Assembly: GCF_009914755.1 (NCBI RefSeq)
Contig: NC_060927.1
Reading direction: 5' to 3' (one strand)
Origin: the human T2T-CHM13v2.0 reference genome, Homo sapiens
DNA length: 64,000 nucleotides
Below, piece after piece: positions 40,906 to 54,132 of the stretch; position 1 is the first letter of the stretch; every line of letters begins with the position of its first letter. The position numbers and the translations under genes are program-made. The notes under the pieces are model-generated. The model was not told the origin of the DNA. It ran no database searches and saw only the letters and a program-made list of their open reading frames with translations.

Positions 40906-41061
40906 TTTTCACTTAACATCATGGTCTCCAATTCCATCCATGTTGTTGCAAATGACAGGATGTCATTCTATTTTATGGCTGAATGGTACTCCATTGTGTA
41001 TATGTACCACATTTTCTTTATCCATTCATCTGTTGATGGACACTTAGGTTGCTTCCAAATT
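40906..41061 (-). mobile_element. Short internal L1 fragment (ORF2 3' region)
   Basis: ttccatccatgttgttgcaaatgacagga...ccattgtgtatatgtaccacattttctttatccattcatctgttgatggacacttaggttg. Confidence 0.9.
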
Positions 41062-41798
41062 TAATCCCTCATAGCTATCCTGAAAAAAAAAATTCAGTTT
41101 AGTATCATATTACCTACCTGCACATACATTTGAAAAAGGTATATATCAACCACATCTCTTATCTGCAAAATAAAAGAGAAGATAAAAGGAAAATAACTTT
41201 TAAAGAAATGTGTGTTTCAAAGTGCAAGTTTTGGATGAGGACGGTGCTACAAGGCATAATAAAGTAGACAAATGCCTGCCCATATACACAGAACCACTGT
41301 GAACACAACTACTACAGTGGCAAGATGACAAACACTGGTGCATTGTACTGATGGCTCAGTTACCACCAGTGGCATTGCCATTGGATGTTGATATTTTCTG
41401 AGATAGTATAAACATCTTGATTAAATTTCAAATAAAAAAGTACAATGTTTGTACTTTCTACAAAGTGCCATAAACTTCTTTAAAAATTTGTTATATGAAA
41501 ACAGGAAGATGTTTTTTTCATAACAATCACGTGCATTTTATGGCTGTCTGGCCCAATTTATATCAGTTAAAAATATACCCACAATTTTTTAAAACTTTTT
41601 AAGTGAGAATGCTTGATTTAGAACTGGATGTTACAGTCATATACCATTCATTATAATTCAGTAGAGACACGTACATAATCTGCAGAGAAATATTTAGATT
41701 CTCTTTCTCTTCGTTGTTTTCTTTATTCACTTTAGAGATTGAGTAAACAGGCTATCTTTATAATTATTATTTTTCATACAGCTAAGTCTATATTCTAC

Positions 41799-42112
41799 TT
41801 TCTTTTTCTTTTTCTTTTTCTTTTTGACATATAGTCTTACTTTGTTACCCAGGCTGCTGTGTGATGGTGCAATTATGGCTTACTGCAGCCTCAACCTCCC
41901 AGGCTTACGTGATCTTTCCACCTCAACCTCTCAAGTAGCTGGGCCACAGTTGCTCGCCTCCAAGCCCAGCTAAATTAACAAAAAAAAAAAACTGTAGAGA
42001 CAGGGTCTCACTGTGTTGCCCAGTCTGGTCTTGAACTCCTGGGCTCAAGCAGTTCTCCCACCTTGACCTCCCAAAATGTTGGGACTACAGGCGTGATCCA
42101 CTGCACCTGGCC
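41799..42112 (-). mobile_element. AluJ
   Basis: (TTTTTC)n tail, reverse dimer with gaactcctgggctcaagc. Confidence 0.92.
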
Positions 42113-42559
42113 TTTACTTCATTCTTAAAAGAAAATTATTTCTCCTGACCAATGAATCACAAAATTTCTCATGTTTCTTCCAATGCGTATCTACTATTCT
42201 ATTATCACTGGAAAACTTTCCTTATATTAACTATTGAATTTATTGTTTTTGGATAATACAGGATCGATATTCTTTTAATTTCATGCCAATTTGTAGCCAT
42301 CCGAAGTCTTATACTGCTGCCCTTGCAAAGAGAAATCTCTTTAATTGGGGGAGGATGTTTGCTAGAAAAGTTTATGTAAACATTAAAAACAAAAAGGTAT
42401 GTATGAAATACTTATCTTCCTTTAAAGAACAAGAAGACTATTCAAGATATAAAACACTACGGTTCATCAAAGCTATTTCCTTGTGTTGTCAAATTTTGTT
42501 AACTTAGGAAAGTATGAAAATTAACTTCTATCTCACGTTAAAAACACATCGTTATACTT

Positions 42560-44370
42560 AACTAGTTTTTATTTTTAAAGTAATACATGTACATGATTAA
42601 ATAAATAAATATATAAAGCCTAGAAAAGAGATATTAAGAAAAGCAATTTTCTCTTCAACCTAGGTTTGATCTTCTTTAGTGGCAACAATTATTGTTTGCT
42701 TGTTTATTTCTATCCAAAAATTTCTTACACAAATAAGTCTTGTTAATTTTTCTCGGTAAAGGTATATTGGCAATCTTTTCTGGTCAGCACTCCCAGAAAC
42801 TTTCTATTTCACTACGGGATGCAGAGTATTGCATATGTGGATGAAACCATATGTGTTCACAGGTGATAAATATTTAGGCTATTACATATTATTACAATAC
42901 AATAAATTAAAAATCTTTCTTGCACATTACATTTTATACAAACTACTGAATATAGAAAAAATTGAGAAGTGGGATTACTGGATTACAGTATATGTGCATT
43001 TAAAATTTTCATAGAGATTGGCAAAGTGCATTGCAAGAGATTGAACCAAATTACCTGCTCTCAATAACATATGCGAGTGTGTAACTTCAAAAACCCTTTT
43101 ACTGTGTATTTTCAAACCATGTGCACTACACCATTTGGTTTGGTTTAAAATATATGTCAATTTGATGTGCATTTATTTAATTATGAGGAAAATAATCTAT
43201 ATGGAATTTAATATACTTTTTTTCCTTCCATGGATTGCTTATTTATACTTTTGTTGGTTTTTAAAATTATATTTTAGGTATTTTTTTAAATCTGTACTAA
43301 AAAAAATTAGTTTTTTTTGTCCTTTGTCTATGCATGCTGCAAGTAGTCATAGTTTATCCTCTATCTTTTATTTTTATTTATTTATTTTTTTGAGATCATT
43401 TCCCACTTTCTTGTCCAGGCTGGTGTGCAGTGGCACAATCTCGGCTCACTGCAGCCTCAACTTCCAGGCCACAAGTGACTCTCCCACCTCAGCCCCCCAG
43501 TGGCTGGGTCTGCGGGCACGCACCACCACACCCTGCTAATTTTGTATCTTTTGTAGAGATGGAGTTTTGCCATGTTGTCCAGGCTGTTCTCAAACTTCTG
43601 GGCCTCAGCCTCCCAAAGTGCTGAGATTACAGGCATGAGCCACCGCACCTGGCCATCTTTTAATTTTTCATGGCATGTTTTCTCCTATAGGAGTTTAAAA
43701 TTTGTTATATAGTCAAATATACATTTTTTTTCCTATATGGCTTCAAGATTCTGTGTCTTGTTTCAAAAGACCGAGACTATTGGGTGTTTTCAAGTCACTC
43801 AGATTTTTTTAAATAATCCCCTTATTTTTTGTGGTTTACTTCTCAATTAAACTTAAAATTGTCTAGGATTTATTTTAGTATGTAGAAAATAAGACTTACT
43901 TTGGTACATGAAAGAAAAAAATCAAACTTTTTCTCTCAACACCATGTTTTTCTTAATTGGTAGGCCCAATGTCATTCATTAATCCATCTATTTCTAATTT
44001 TAAGTGTTAACTTTTCATATTACACATTCATATTATAGTCACACTCTTATATTCCATTCTGTTCTATCTTTTAAATTAGCTGTATATTCTTTGCTCCTAC
44101 CAAACTTATTTAATTAATAAGGCATTACAATACATTTTGATGGTGGGCATGGCTAAACTCTGCTCTTTATTACTCTTTATTTTTTGGAAAATTCTTGATC
44201 TTTTTCACGTTGTATTTTTACTTTATATATTTTAAAATCAGCTCCTCTAGTTTTAAAATTTTACTATATTTTATTGGAATTCCATTAAATATTTAGGAAG
44301 AACTGATCTTTCACAACATTGAATTATTCTTTAGAAAACAGGTGTTTTCCATTTATTCAAGTAAAGCTTA
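42560..44370 (-). mobile_element. Old L1 (L1ME-like) remnant interrupted by an AluJ
   Basis: aagtaatacatgtacatg 3' end; gggattactggatta...tatgtgcatt...aaattacc; T-rich antisense L1 body. Edges approximate. Confidence 0.6.
43366..43654 (-). mobile_element. AluJ with a small deletion
   Basis: Reverse Alu dimer; TSD atctttta on both sides. Confidence 0.92.
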
Positions 44371-44434
44371 TTGGTTAAGTGAATTTTCCCATTTACAAGT
44401 GACCTAAAATTCTTCTAAGTTCTCTAATGATAAT

Positions 44435-44660
44435 AATAATAACAATGCTTACCACTTAGGGTACATTATATCTTTGCCAAACACTATGCTACAAGCTTTA
44501 CACATACTATCTCATTTAACTCTTACACCATGCAATCAAATACGTGAAGAAATTGAACATCAGAAAAGTTAAGCAACTTACATATGGTCACAGAGTTAGG
44601 AGGAGATTATCAAACTCAAGCCCACACAAATTTAAGTCTCATGCTGTCCCTCACTATGCT
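44435..44660 (-). mobile_element. MIR SINE
   Basis: tgccaaacactatgctacaagctttacacatactatctcatttaa...gttaagcaactta...ggtcacagag. Confidence 0.75.
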
Positions 44661-45432
44661 AAACTGTATTTATCTCTATGTAATCACTCTCATTCATCAA
44701 GGGAAAAAGGGCACTTACGAAACTCAACAGGGGATATAACAGAGGAGAAATCCTGTGAACTTCACATAAGAAGAGGCGTAATCTCTACGCTTTTCATCAC
44801 GCCAGCAACAAACCAGAATAAAGGCCATTGCTCTGTTGGCACTGAACTTCTGTGTGCTGCCTAATTCTGGCAATGAATTCTTACCCAAATTTTCTGATAA
44901 CTAATAATCCCTCTAAATGTATCACAGGAGAAAATATTTTATAACAATTTGTAGAGTTTTCCCCTATTTCTTTTGTCTCTTTGTACAGTCACAATCTCAC
45001 TTGAAGTTGGTAGTGATTTTTGCAGTAGACTCTGAGCATTATAGTTTATCAGAAATTTATTATTTTGCTTTAAACGTTGCTTGAAAATGTTTTCTGGACT
45101 TTGATATATCGTGGTTGCTTCACTCTTGTATCATATAAGAAATAATAATTATGCATTGATAGTGCATAGACAAGTACAACAAGAGGAAAGGCTTTTTAAT
45201 AAAAGATCTTTTTATTTTACTCTGCACTTGATAAGAGGGTAAAACCTTGCATTTTCCTGGTGTGATCATTGAAATTTGCAACAGAATTTAAGGCTGGATT
45301 GTTTTCTTTGGATACATATTTCATTACCAATCATCTAAGAAAGGTAATATTTCATGTTTAATAGAGATAAAGCATATATATTGAACAATACATGTTAGTA
45401 TATGTAATATATATGGATAATAATATGTTCAA

Positions 45433-45438
<6 letters not shown>

Positions 45439-45478
<40 letters not shown>
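45439..45478. repeat. (AC)20 perfect microsatellite
   Basis: Directly visible uninterrupted run. Confidence 0.97.
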
Positions 45479-45480
<2 letters not shown>

Positions 45481-48400
45481 TTTCTCTCATCTATGCCCTT
45501 GTTTATCTCCAAGAAGATTTAAAATAACATTTGGGTACAACAGGTATATAAAACTCAAAGTTTTAAATATTGAATTAAAGTTATGAATTGCAATCAAAGA
45601 ATATAAATGTTTCCTTAATCCAAGAATACTAGATGTTTCCTTCTGAGAGAGAAAGAAGAGGCGAACATCAGTTGAATCTTGAGAATGAGAAATTTAGAAC
45701 AATCAGAATAGACATAAATCAATAGATAAGGGAATTTGAAAAATAATATCTTTATATATACATTAGCATTTGTGAATTATTTTTACAATTCCTATTTCCC
45801 TTGATCCTCACAACTGCACTGTAAGGTTGACAAGGAAAGTATTAATAAATCCATTTTGTATGTAGGATGTCAGAGACTCAGTGATGTTAGCAAGGAAAGC
45901 TCCACTGATAGTTATTGCATGCCCAGCACTGGAACTTGCAGCCAGGTAACTTCATGCCTGCTAAAAATATAACTTCAAAATGGTTAAGATGAATCTGTAA
46001 CATAAAACAATACCGTCATGACTATAGGAAATATGAAGACATTAGAATATTTTGGATTACAGCCCTAACTTTATGATGCCTAGTATATCAAATATCAAGC
46101 ATTGTGATAATTCTATAATGACTTAGGTATCTTATAACATTGTTTTCATTATAACATTGTTATAAGACATATTGGAGTTTTAAGATTTTATTCATAAAAC
46201 AATTATTCATTGGGGTTAGCACCATATTATCACAAGTGCTGTTGCAATTATTACAACTAATACTATAGTAGTAATAATCATACTACTACTACTAATAATA
46301 GTTTATTGATTTATGGACCTTAATTTACATGCAAATCAGAGGATTTTGTAACTTTTCTTTTAAGAGAAAAATGTATAAAATCCTCATAATATGCTCTCAC
46401 CAATAAAACAATATAATTGTGGAAAATAAATTATAGTTTTGTCAGATTTTCTTCAACGGCTTCTTCCAGGCTACATGAATTTGTTGATGTTGTTAGTTTC
46501 ACACTTAAATGTGGTATTATGATTCCTGAAAAACTTCCTTGATTTTTGAAACTCAACTTCCATCTCCCCCATTACTGAGAAAGGATATTTTTCAGATGCC
46601 CATCACCATCCATGTGGCATAATCTTTCTATATTCACAAAGTCTGGTACAATCTTATCAGTGGAATCAAAAGTTAGAAGAGTGTGGCATTTCACGTAACT
46701 TCAAATTAAAATGAGCATTTCTTGTTTGGATTTTTCTAAGGCCATCAACAAAATGATAATGCTCACATGGGTAAAGGGATGCTGAATATGTAATTGCTTC
46801 CTAAATTGATCTAAAGGCTTGATATTGATCTACTGGGTAACATGATATTCATCTTTGAAAAACACTATAATATGTGTTATGAAAATCATCTAAGTATATT
46901 TACATAATAGATGTTAATACCTGTTTTGGAACTTTCAGATCCCTTTTACATATTTACATGATGGACTGATAATAGTAAAATTGTAGGTTGAAGAAACAAT
47001 TTTCTTCTTTTTCCCCAAACTAAACATAAAAATGAGAAGAAACAGGAAATTAAGAGTATGCGATTTTCATTCTTAATTCATCTCCTTGCTGGCTCAGACT
47101 ACAGCTACTTTATTTTTTAATAAAGACAAAAGATGTTTTTAAAGTTTTTAATACATATAAAATTAAGTAAAATCATGCATATACTTTAGAGTAACATTTT
47201 CATTAATTTAAAAGTGTATCTATATTTAAATGCACTCATCATAATTATTATAGAATAAAGGAAAATATGCTTTGGGACAGTAAACATAGACAAGGCTTTG
47301 TTCTTTATGAGGCAATCTGAATTTTAATAGCATGTCTATTATAAAAGTATCTGAAGACTCTGAAAAGCCTTTTGTTTCATAATGATATTCATTAATGTAC
47401 AATATGTTGAGTAAAAGAAACGGCTGTCACCTAAAGTAGACTCTCTGGTTTCTGAATCTTAGCAGGGAAAAATAAAACCAGGGAACTGAGCATTCCAATC
47501 CTAATTCCACTGTACGAGATGGCCTACATTTGTATACATATATTAAATTTCTAATTAATTCTTTCTACTGCAGAGGATTTTTCCAAGCATACTTACATAT
47601 ACATTTAAGTTATTTTTCTTTTTAACTATGGCAAAGCATGAGAATATAAAAGAATAACTAGCCAAAATGTTTGCATGTGGCCATGGGGAATGTCAGTGCA
47701 GTTGGAGGGAAGTGGGACTGTATGCAGTTCTGGTGGGAACAGGTGGAGACTGTATGCAGTTCTAGAGAATCAGTATTACTGATTTGAAATTTTTTTGTAG
47801 CTTCAAAAATTGGTATATAAACTTGTATGTTTGAAGTTTTACAAATGGCACACTTAAAGCTGAAAAATATTTAATTAGTCTAATTTTGATTTTGTAGAAT
47901 AGGAAACAGTGTTTCACAGGTAAGAGATATTACGTGATGACAGGATTGAGTGTAGAATGAGATTTTTTTGATTCCCAGCTCAAGGTTTGTTCCTTATACA
48001 GTGTCTGATTAACTTGAGCATTTGTTTAGTGTAAACACTAAATTGATTGTAACCTGGTCAACTTTCTACACTGACCAGGGAAAATTAAAAAAAAAAAAGG
48101 TTTTATAATCTACTGTATAAAAAGAACATTTTATCCTTTTTTTAACATCAAGTTTGGCCAAGAGGATAGCCTTATAAAATAGATATGATAACCAAATTTT
48201 TGATAATTTACATTTACTCGTATTGCTTTTTGTTTGACCAGCTTCAGGTTCATTGCAATATTTATCTAGGAAATTAACATTGAACCTCTACATAATGGTT
48301 TGTTTAGTTACTGATTTAGGTTACCATTTTATCAAGAAAAAATTTGTTTAGTAATTTTGTGTACCTGTAAAAATGTTTGCCAACCCTAGTCTTAAATTCA

Positions 48401-49215
48401 TTCTCCTAGAACATACGCTTAATAAGAACTGGGGATTTATCTGCCTGCTTCCATGCTGGACTCCCAGCCTCTAAATCCCTGCCTGTCAAAAGAGAGACTT
48501 TAAAAAAAAAATGTCGAATGAATGAATGAATCACTGCTGCTTTTGTTTGAAACTTGTGAGAAAAAGTGGGTAATGATTTTGGTAGAGTTTCAGAATATTT
48601 CCAAGAACTTCTGAATTGCTTAGAGAAAGAGAAAAATGGGACTTATGATTGCTGAGGCAACGGATTCTATACTCATAGAGTGAAATTGTCTCTATGTTTG
48701 GATCCTGAGAATGTGTGAATAAAAATATGATGAGCAAGCAGTCTACGTTTGACTGATGCTTCACATGAAAAGTCTTACTGATATAGAAGTGTATTTTTTT
48801 GGTATACATTAATCCAGTTCAAGATGCTGGAATGTATAAATTATTTTTTATTCAGGAAGCCATTTTTCGTGTCTTAATTTTATATCATCAGGAACCAAAT
48901 TTTGCAGATAAATGTTGACCCTCGCAGTATTCTTTTTTTTTAACTTCTTGAATTGGATGACTTTTTTTTTTTTTTTTTTACAGATTAGGATTCAAGCAAG
49001 CAGGTAACTTCACCTTTGGTTAATATGAATAGTAAACAAAAATCCATCACCCTTTTCTTAATTTGTTAAATTTATGTAAGACAATACTCATAATATTCAT
49101 TGCTCTAGCATTTTCCTACTTTTTCTTTTATTTTGAAGTAATTTTGGAAAACAGAATGTTTATGTGCCTATAAAATTGTCATATTCTTAAACAATGAGTT
49201 TTCACACAGTCATGA

Positions 49216-49590
<375 letters not shown>

Positions 49591-49744
49591 GAGAAGTTTT
49601 TAAAGCTAGTGTGCACTTTAAACTTTCATTAAAGGGCTATGCCTATAATGCTTAAAGCACTCAAACATTAGCAGCAATTAAGGAGTAGGAAATTCAAATC
49701 ATCTGGAAAAATTAGTGCATTGCATTAGGAAATGTGGTATTATA

Positions 49745-49902
49745 GCTAAAAGCCCTATTCTTATTTTCCCAACTTATAAAGCAACTGAGGCACAGAAATA
49801 TGTAAGTAACTTGAAATATTCATGCGGCTAGTGTGGTAGATGTGGACATTTAAACCTAGAGACAACTTAAGCTAGAGATTCCAGCTTAACCACTGTGCTA
49901 TT
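49745..49902 (-). mobile_element. MIR SINE fragment
   Basis: gcaactgaggcacagaaatatgtaagtaacttg...gctagtgtggtaga...cttaaccactgtgcta. Confidence 0.7.
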
Positions 49903-51812
49903 TTACAAATTGCAACATCGACATATTCAAGGAACACATATGGCAATATATGTGACTCTAAATGCCATTATTGCATTTTATTGGACAGAGTCCTGATTTC
50001 ATCTACCTCAGGTGCTAAATTCAAGACTCCAGAGTTGCCTTAATTGACAAATAAATATACTATCATTCAAGAAAAAGGGGACAAAGTCTTCCCAGATCAT
50101 CTGAATTTGGGGAGAATGTATAAAATAGAAATAATAACTTACAACAAGCAGTTCTATGGACTACCATAAAATTATCATATTTGGTATTTGATTTGGGTTA
50201 TATAGATGTAGCTAGTGATATAAATATAAAGATAACTAATTTGATAGAGTTTTCAAGTATTTCCAAGAACTTTAGAATTGCTTAAAAGCATGTAAAAGTG
50301 GAGAGTAATCACTGTGAAGTTAGTAGTTTCTATGCTCACAGTGTGAATTTGTCAGTATGTTTGTAATTCTTAGAGTGGGTTGACATCTGTAATTTTAACA
50401 AGGATGCTAGAAGAAATGAGGTTGTACAGGTAAGCTGAAGTCAAGTTGTAAGGGTAGTAAAACCTGGGTTAAGGCTTCAAACAACATATTTTTATCTTTG
50501 ACTCCTCCTTCCTTCATCGAATCATTAGGTATGCTTTAATGTCTTTGTCACAAACAATGAAATATTCCTCTCTTCTCATACTCACATTTTTATTGCAGTC
50601 ACAGATGCTGTGTATCCTCTTTCCAGTCTCCCATCATTATGTACCTAGTTATTATCTACCACTATTTTCTTAACCACAGTGCAGCTACAACTTTTTGCCT
50701 CAAAAGCTTTTACTAGATTTCCAATCTTAATTTGCTGGTGAAATTAAATATAAGAAATACCCTAACCCACACGTTAACATCCTCACAACTTAACTTCAGC
50801 TTACCTGTACAACCTCATTTCTTCCAGAATCCCTGTAAATACTGTAGATGTCAACTACAAACATATAGACAATTTCACACTGTGACCATAGAAGCTCCTA
50901 ACTTTGTAATGATTATTCCCCACTTTTTCTCAGTGTCTAAGTAATCCTAAACTTCTTAGAAATACTTTAAAACTCTACCAAATAAATTATCATTGTATCT
51001 ATATCTATAGTTATATATATATATATATCCCAAATCAAATACTAGTCAAATGTGACAATTTCATGGTGGTCTGTAAAACTATTTGTAGCAATATTACAAG
51101 TGGATTGTTACTTCTAGTTTATACATTTTCCCCAAATACAGATGATCTGGTAAAACTTCGTCTCATTTTTCTTGAATGAGAATATATTTATTTCTCTATT
51201 AGGCATCTTTGAAAAGCCTTGAATCTTGCATCTGAAGTAGAATTCAAAATTGAGAGGACTGTCTTGGCATTCATAAAATATGTGGAACAGGAGGAGGTTG
51301 TTAAGGGGGAACAGAGGATGAATTCAGCTATTTGTGTTTGTTGATTTAAGGCTGTGGTGAGATAGTGAGGTGATAATATTCCCTCCATGAGCAAGGACAA
51401 ATCCTGTTGTGAAGTTCTGGAGGAAGCCATTGATTGGAGAGGTACATTCGGATGGCATGCATGGAGGGAGGGCACAGCTGAAGTCTCAGTAGCAAATGAA
51501 ATTGCTAAAAAGGAAGACTGGAGAACAAAATGTATAAAGGTAGAAACTTTGAGAAAACTGTAGAAGTAGAGGAGTCATGGCAAAGAAAATGGATCAGCCT
51601 AAGAAGCACTGGAGTGATAAGAAATACCACAGGAGAGCCAAAGGATGAAATATGATGAAAAGGAGTGGTTAGTTCCTTAGAGAGGCAATGGAAAAATGCT
51701 AGTTATTTTGACAGTCATGGGTGACAGTTCAGAACCTCATTTTTATAGAATAGTAGGGACAGTATCTCAAAAGGTTAAGAAATATATGCTTAATGGGAGG
51801 AAAAAAGCAGCC

Positions 51813-54132
51813 TGTATTAGTCCATTTTCACACTGCTGATAAATACATACCCAAGACTGGGGAATTTACAAAGGAAAGTGGTTTAATTGGACTCACAGTT
51901 CCACATGGCTGGGGAGGCCTCACAATCATAGCAGAAAGCAAGGAGGAGCAAGTCACAGCTTACGTGGATGGCAGCAGGCAAAAAGAAGAGCTAGTGCAGG
52001 GGAACTCCCATTTTTAAAACTATCAGATTTCATGAGACTCATTCACTTTCACAAGAACAGTGCAGAAAAGACGAGCCCACATAATTCAATCACCTCCCAC
52101 CAGGTTTCTCCCATGACATGTGGGAAGTGTGAGAGCTACAATTCAAGATGACATTTTGGTGGGGACACAGACACAATCATAACATTCCACCCCTAGCCTC
52201 TGCCTAATCTCACGTCCTCCCATTTCAAAACCTTCCCAACAGTCCCCCAATGTCTTAACTCATTTCACCATTAACTCAGAAGTCCACAGTCCAAAGTCTC
52301 ATCCCAGACAAGGCAAGTCCCTTCTGCCTATGAGCCTGTAAAATCAAAACCAAGTTAGTTACTTCCTAGATACAATGGGGGTACAGGCATTAGATAAATA
52401 CAGCCATTCCAAAGTGGAGAAATTGGCCAAAACAAAGGAACTACAGGCTTCACGCAAGTCTGAAATCCAACATGGCAGACAAATCTTAAAGCTCCAAAAA
52501 TGATCTCCTTTGACTCCAGGTCTCACATCCAGGTCACGCTGATGCAAGAGGTGGGTTCCCATGGTCTTGGGCAGCTCCGCCCCTGTGACTTTACAGGGTA
52601 CAGCCTGCCTTCCAGCTGCTTTCACAGGCTGACATTGAGTGTCTGTGGCTTTTCCAGGTGCATGGTGCAAGCTGTCAGTGGATCTACTATTCTGGAGTCT
52701 GGAGGATGGTGGCCGCCTTCTCACAGCTCCACTAGGCAGTGCCCTAGGATGGACTCTGTGTAGGGGTTCCAACCCCACATTTCCCTTCCACACTGCCCTA
52801 GCAGAGGTTCTCCATGAGAGCCGTGCCCCTGCAGCAAACTTTTGCCTGGGCATCCAGGCGTTTCCATACATCTTCTGAAATCTAGGTGGAAGTTCCCAAA
52901 CCCCAAATCTTGACTTCTGTGAACTCACAGGCTCAACACCATGTTGAAGCTGCCAAGGCTTGAGGCTTGCACTTTCTGAAGCCATGGCCCAAGCTCTACT
53001 CCACATTTGCCCCTTTCAGACACAGCTTGAGTGGTTGGCACACAGAGCACCAAGTCCTTAGGCTGCACACAGCACAGGGACCCTGGGCCCAGCACACAAA
53101 ACCACTTTTTCCTCCTAGGCCTACGGCCCTGTGATGGGAGGGGCTGCCATGAAGACCTCTGACGTGCCCCGAAGACATTTTTCCTATTGTCTTGGGGATT
53201 AGCATTCAGCTCCTGGTTACTTATGCAAATTTCTGCAGCAGGCATGAATTTCTCCTCAGAAAATGGGATTTTCTTTTCTATTGCATTGTCAGGCTGCAAA
53301 TTTTCCAAACTTCTATGCTCTGCTTCCCTTAAAAAACTGAATGCCTTTAATAGCACCTAAGTCACCTCTTGAATGCTTTGGTGCTTAGAAATTTCATCTG
53401 CCAGATACCCTAAATCATCTCTCTCAAGTTCAAAGTTTCACAAATCTGTAGGACAGGGGCAAAATGCTGCCAGCCTCTTTGCTAAAACATAACAAGAGTC
53501 ACCTTTGCTCCAGTTGCAACAAGTTCCTCATTTCCATCTGAGACCATCTCAGCCTGGACTTTATTGACCATATTACTATCAGCATTGTGGGCAAAGCCAT
53601 TCAACAAGTCTCTAGGAAGTTCCAAACTTTTGCACATTTTCCTGTCTTCTTCTGAGCTCTCCAAACTGTTCCAACCTCTGCCTATTACCCAATTCCAAAG
53701 TCACTTCCCCATTTTTGGGTATCTTCTCAGCAACACCCCACTCTACAAGTATCACATTACTGTATTAGTCCATTTTCATGCTGCTGATAAAGACATACCC
53801 AAAACTGGATAATTTACAAAAGAAAAAGGTTTAATAGGACTCATAGTTCCACATGGCTGGGGAGGCCTCACAATCATGGTGGAAGGCAAGGAGAAATAAG
53901 TCACATCTTACATGGATGACAGCAGGCAAGGAAGATAAGCTTGTGCAGGAAAACTCCTGTTTTTAAAACCATGAGATCTCATGAGCCTCATTCACTATCA
54001 CAAGAACAGCACAGGAAAAACCCACCCCCATAATTCAATAACCTCCCACGGGGTCCCTCCCACACCACATGGGGATTATGGGAGTTACAGTTCAAGATGA
54101 AATTTGGGTGGAGACACAGCCAAACTATATCA
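51813..54132 (-). mobile_element. Complete THE1 (THE1A/B-like) MaLR LTR retrotransposon
   Basis: Two 372-bp LTRs (51813-52184 and 53761-54132), 1576-bp internal region, perfect 5-bp TSD CAGCC at 51808-51812 and 54133-54137. Confidence 0.97.
52359..53664 (-). pseudogene. Fragmented THE1 internal ORF remnant
   Basis: Successive minus-strand ORF pieces (53482-53664, 52925-53356, 52359-53006) lie inside THE1-int and read like the degenerate MaLR internal ORF. Confidence 0.7.

Noticed and set aside
52359-53006. Longest ORF (215 aa) as a novel protein
   Set aside because: Entirely inside THE1-int; a fragment of the degenerate MaLR ORF.
51905-53865. PRDM9 recombination-hotspot motif in the THE1 LTRs
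   Set aside because: Both LTRs read CCTCCCCAGCCAT on the minus strand, not the hotspot-associated CCTCCCTAGCCAC.
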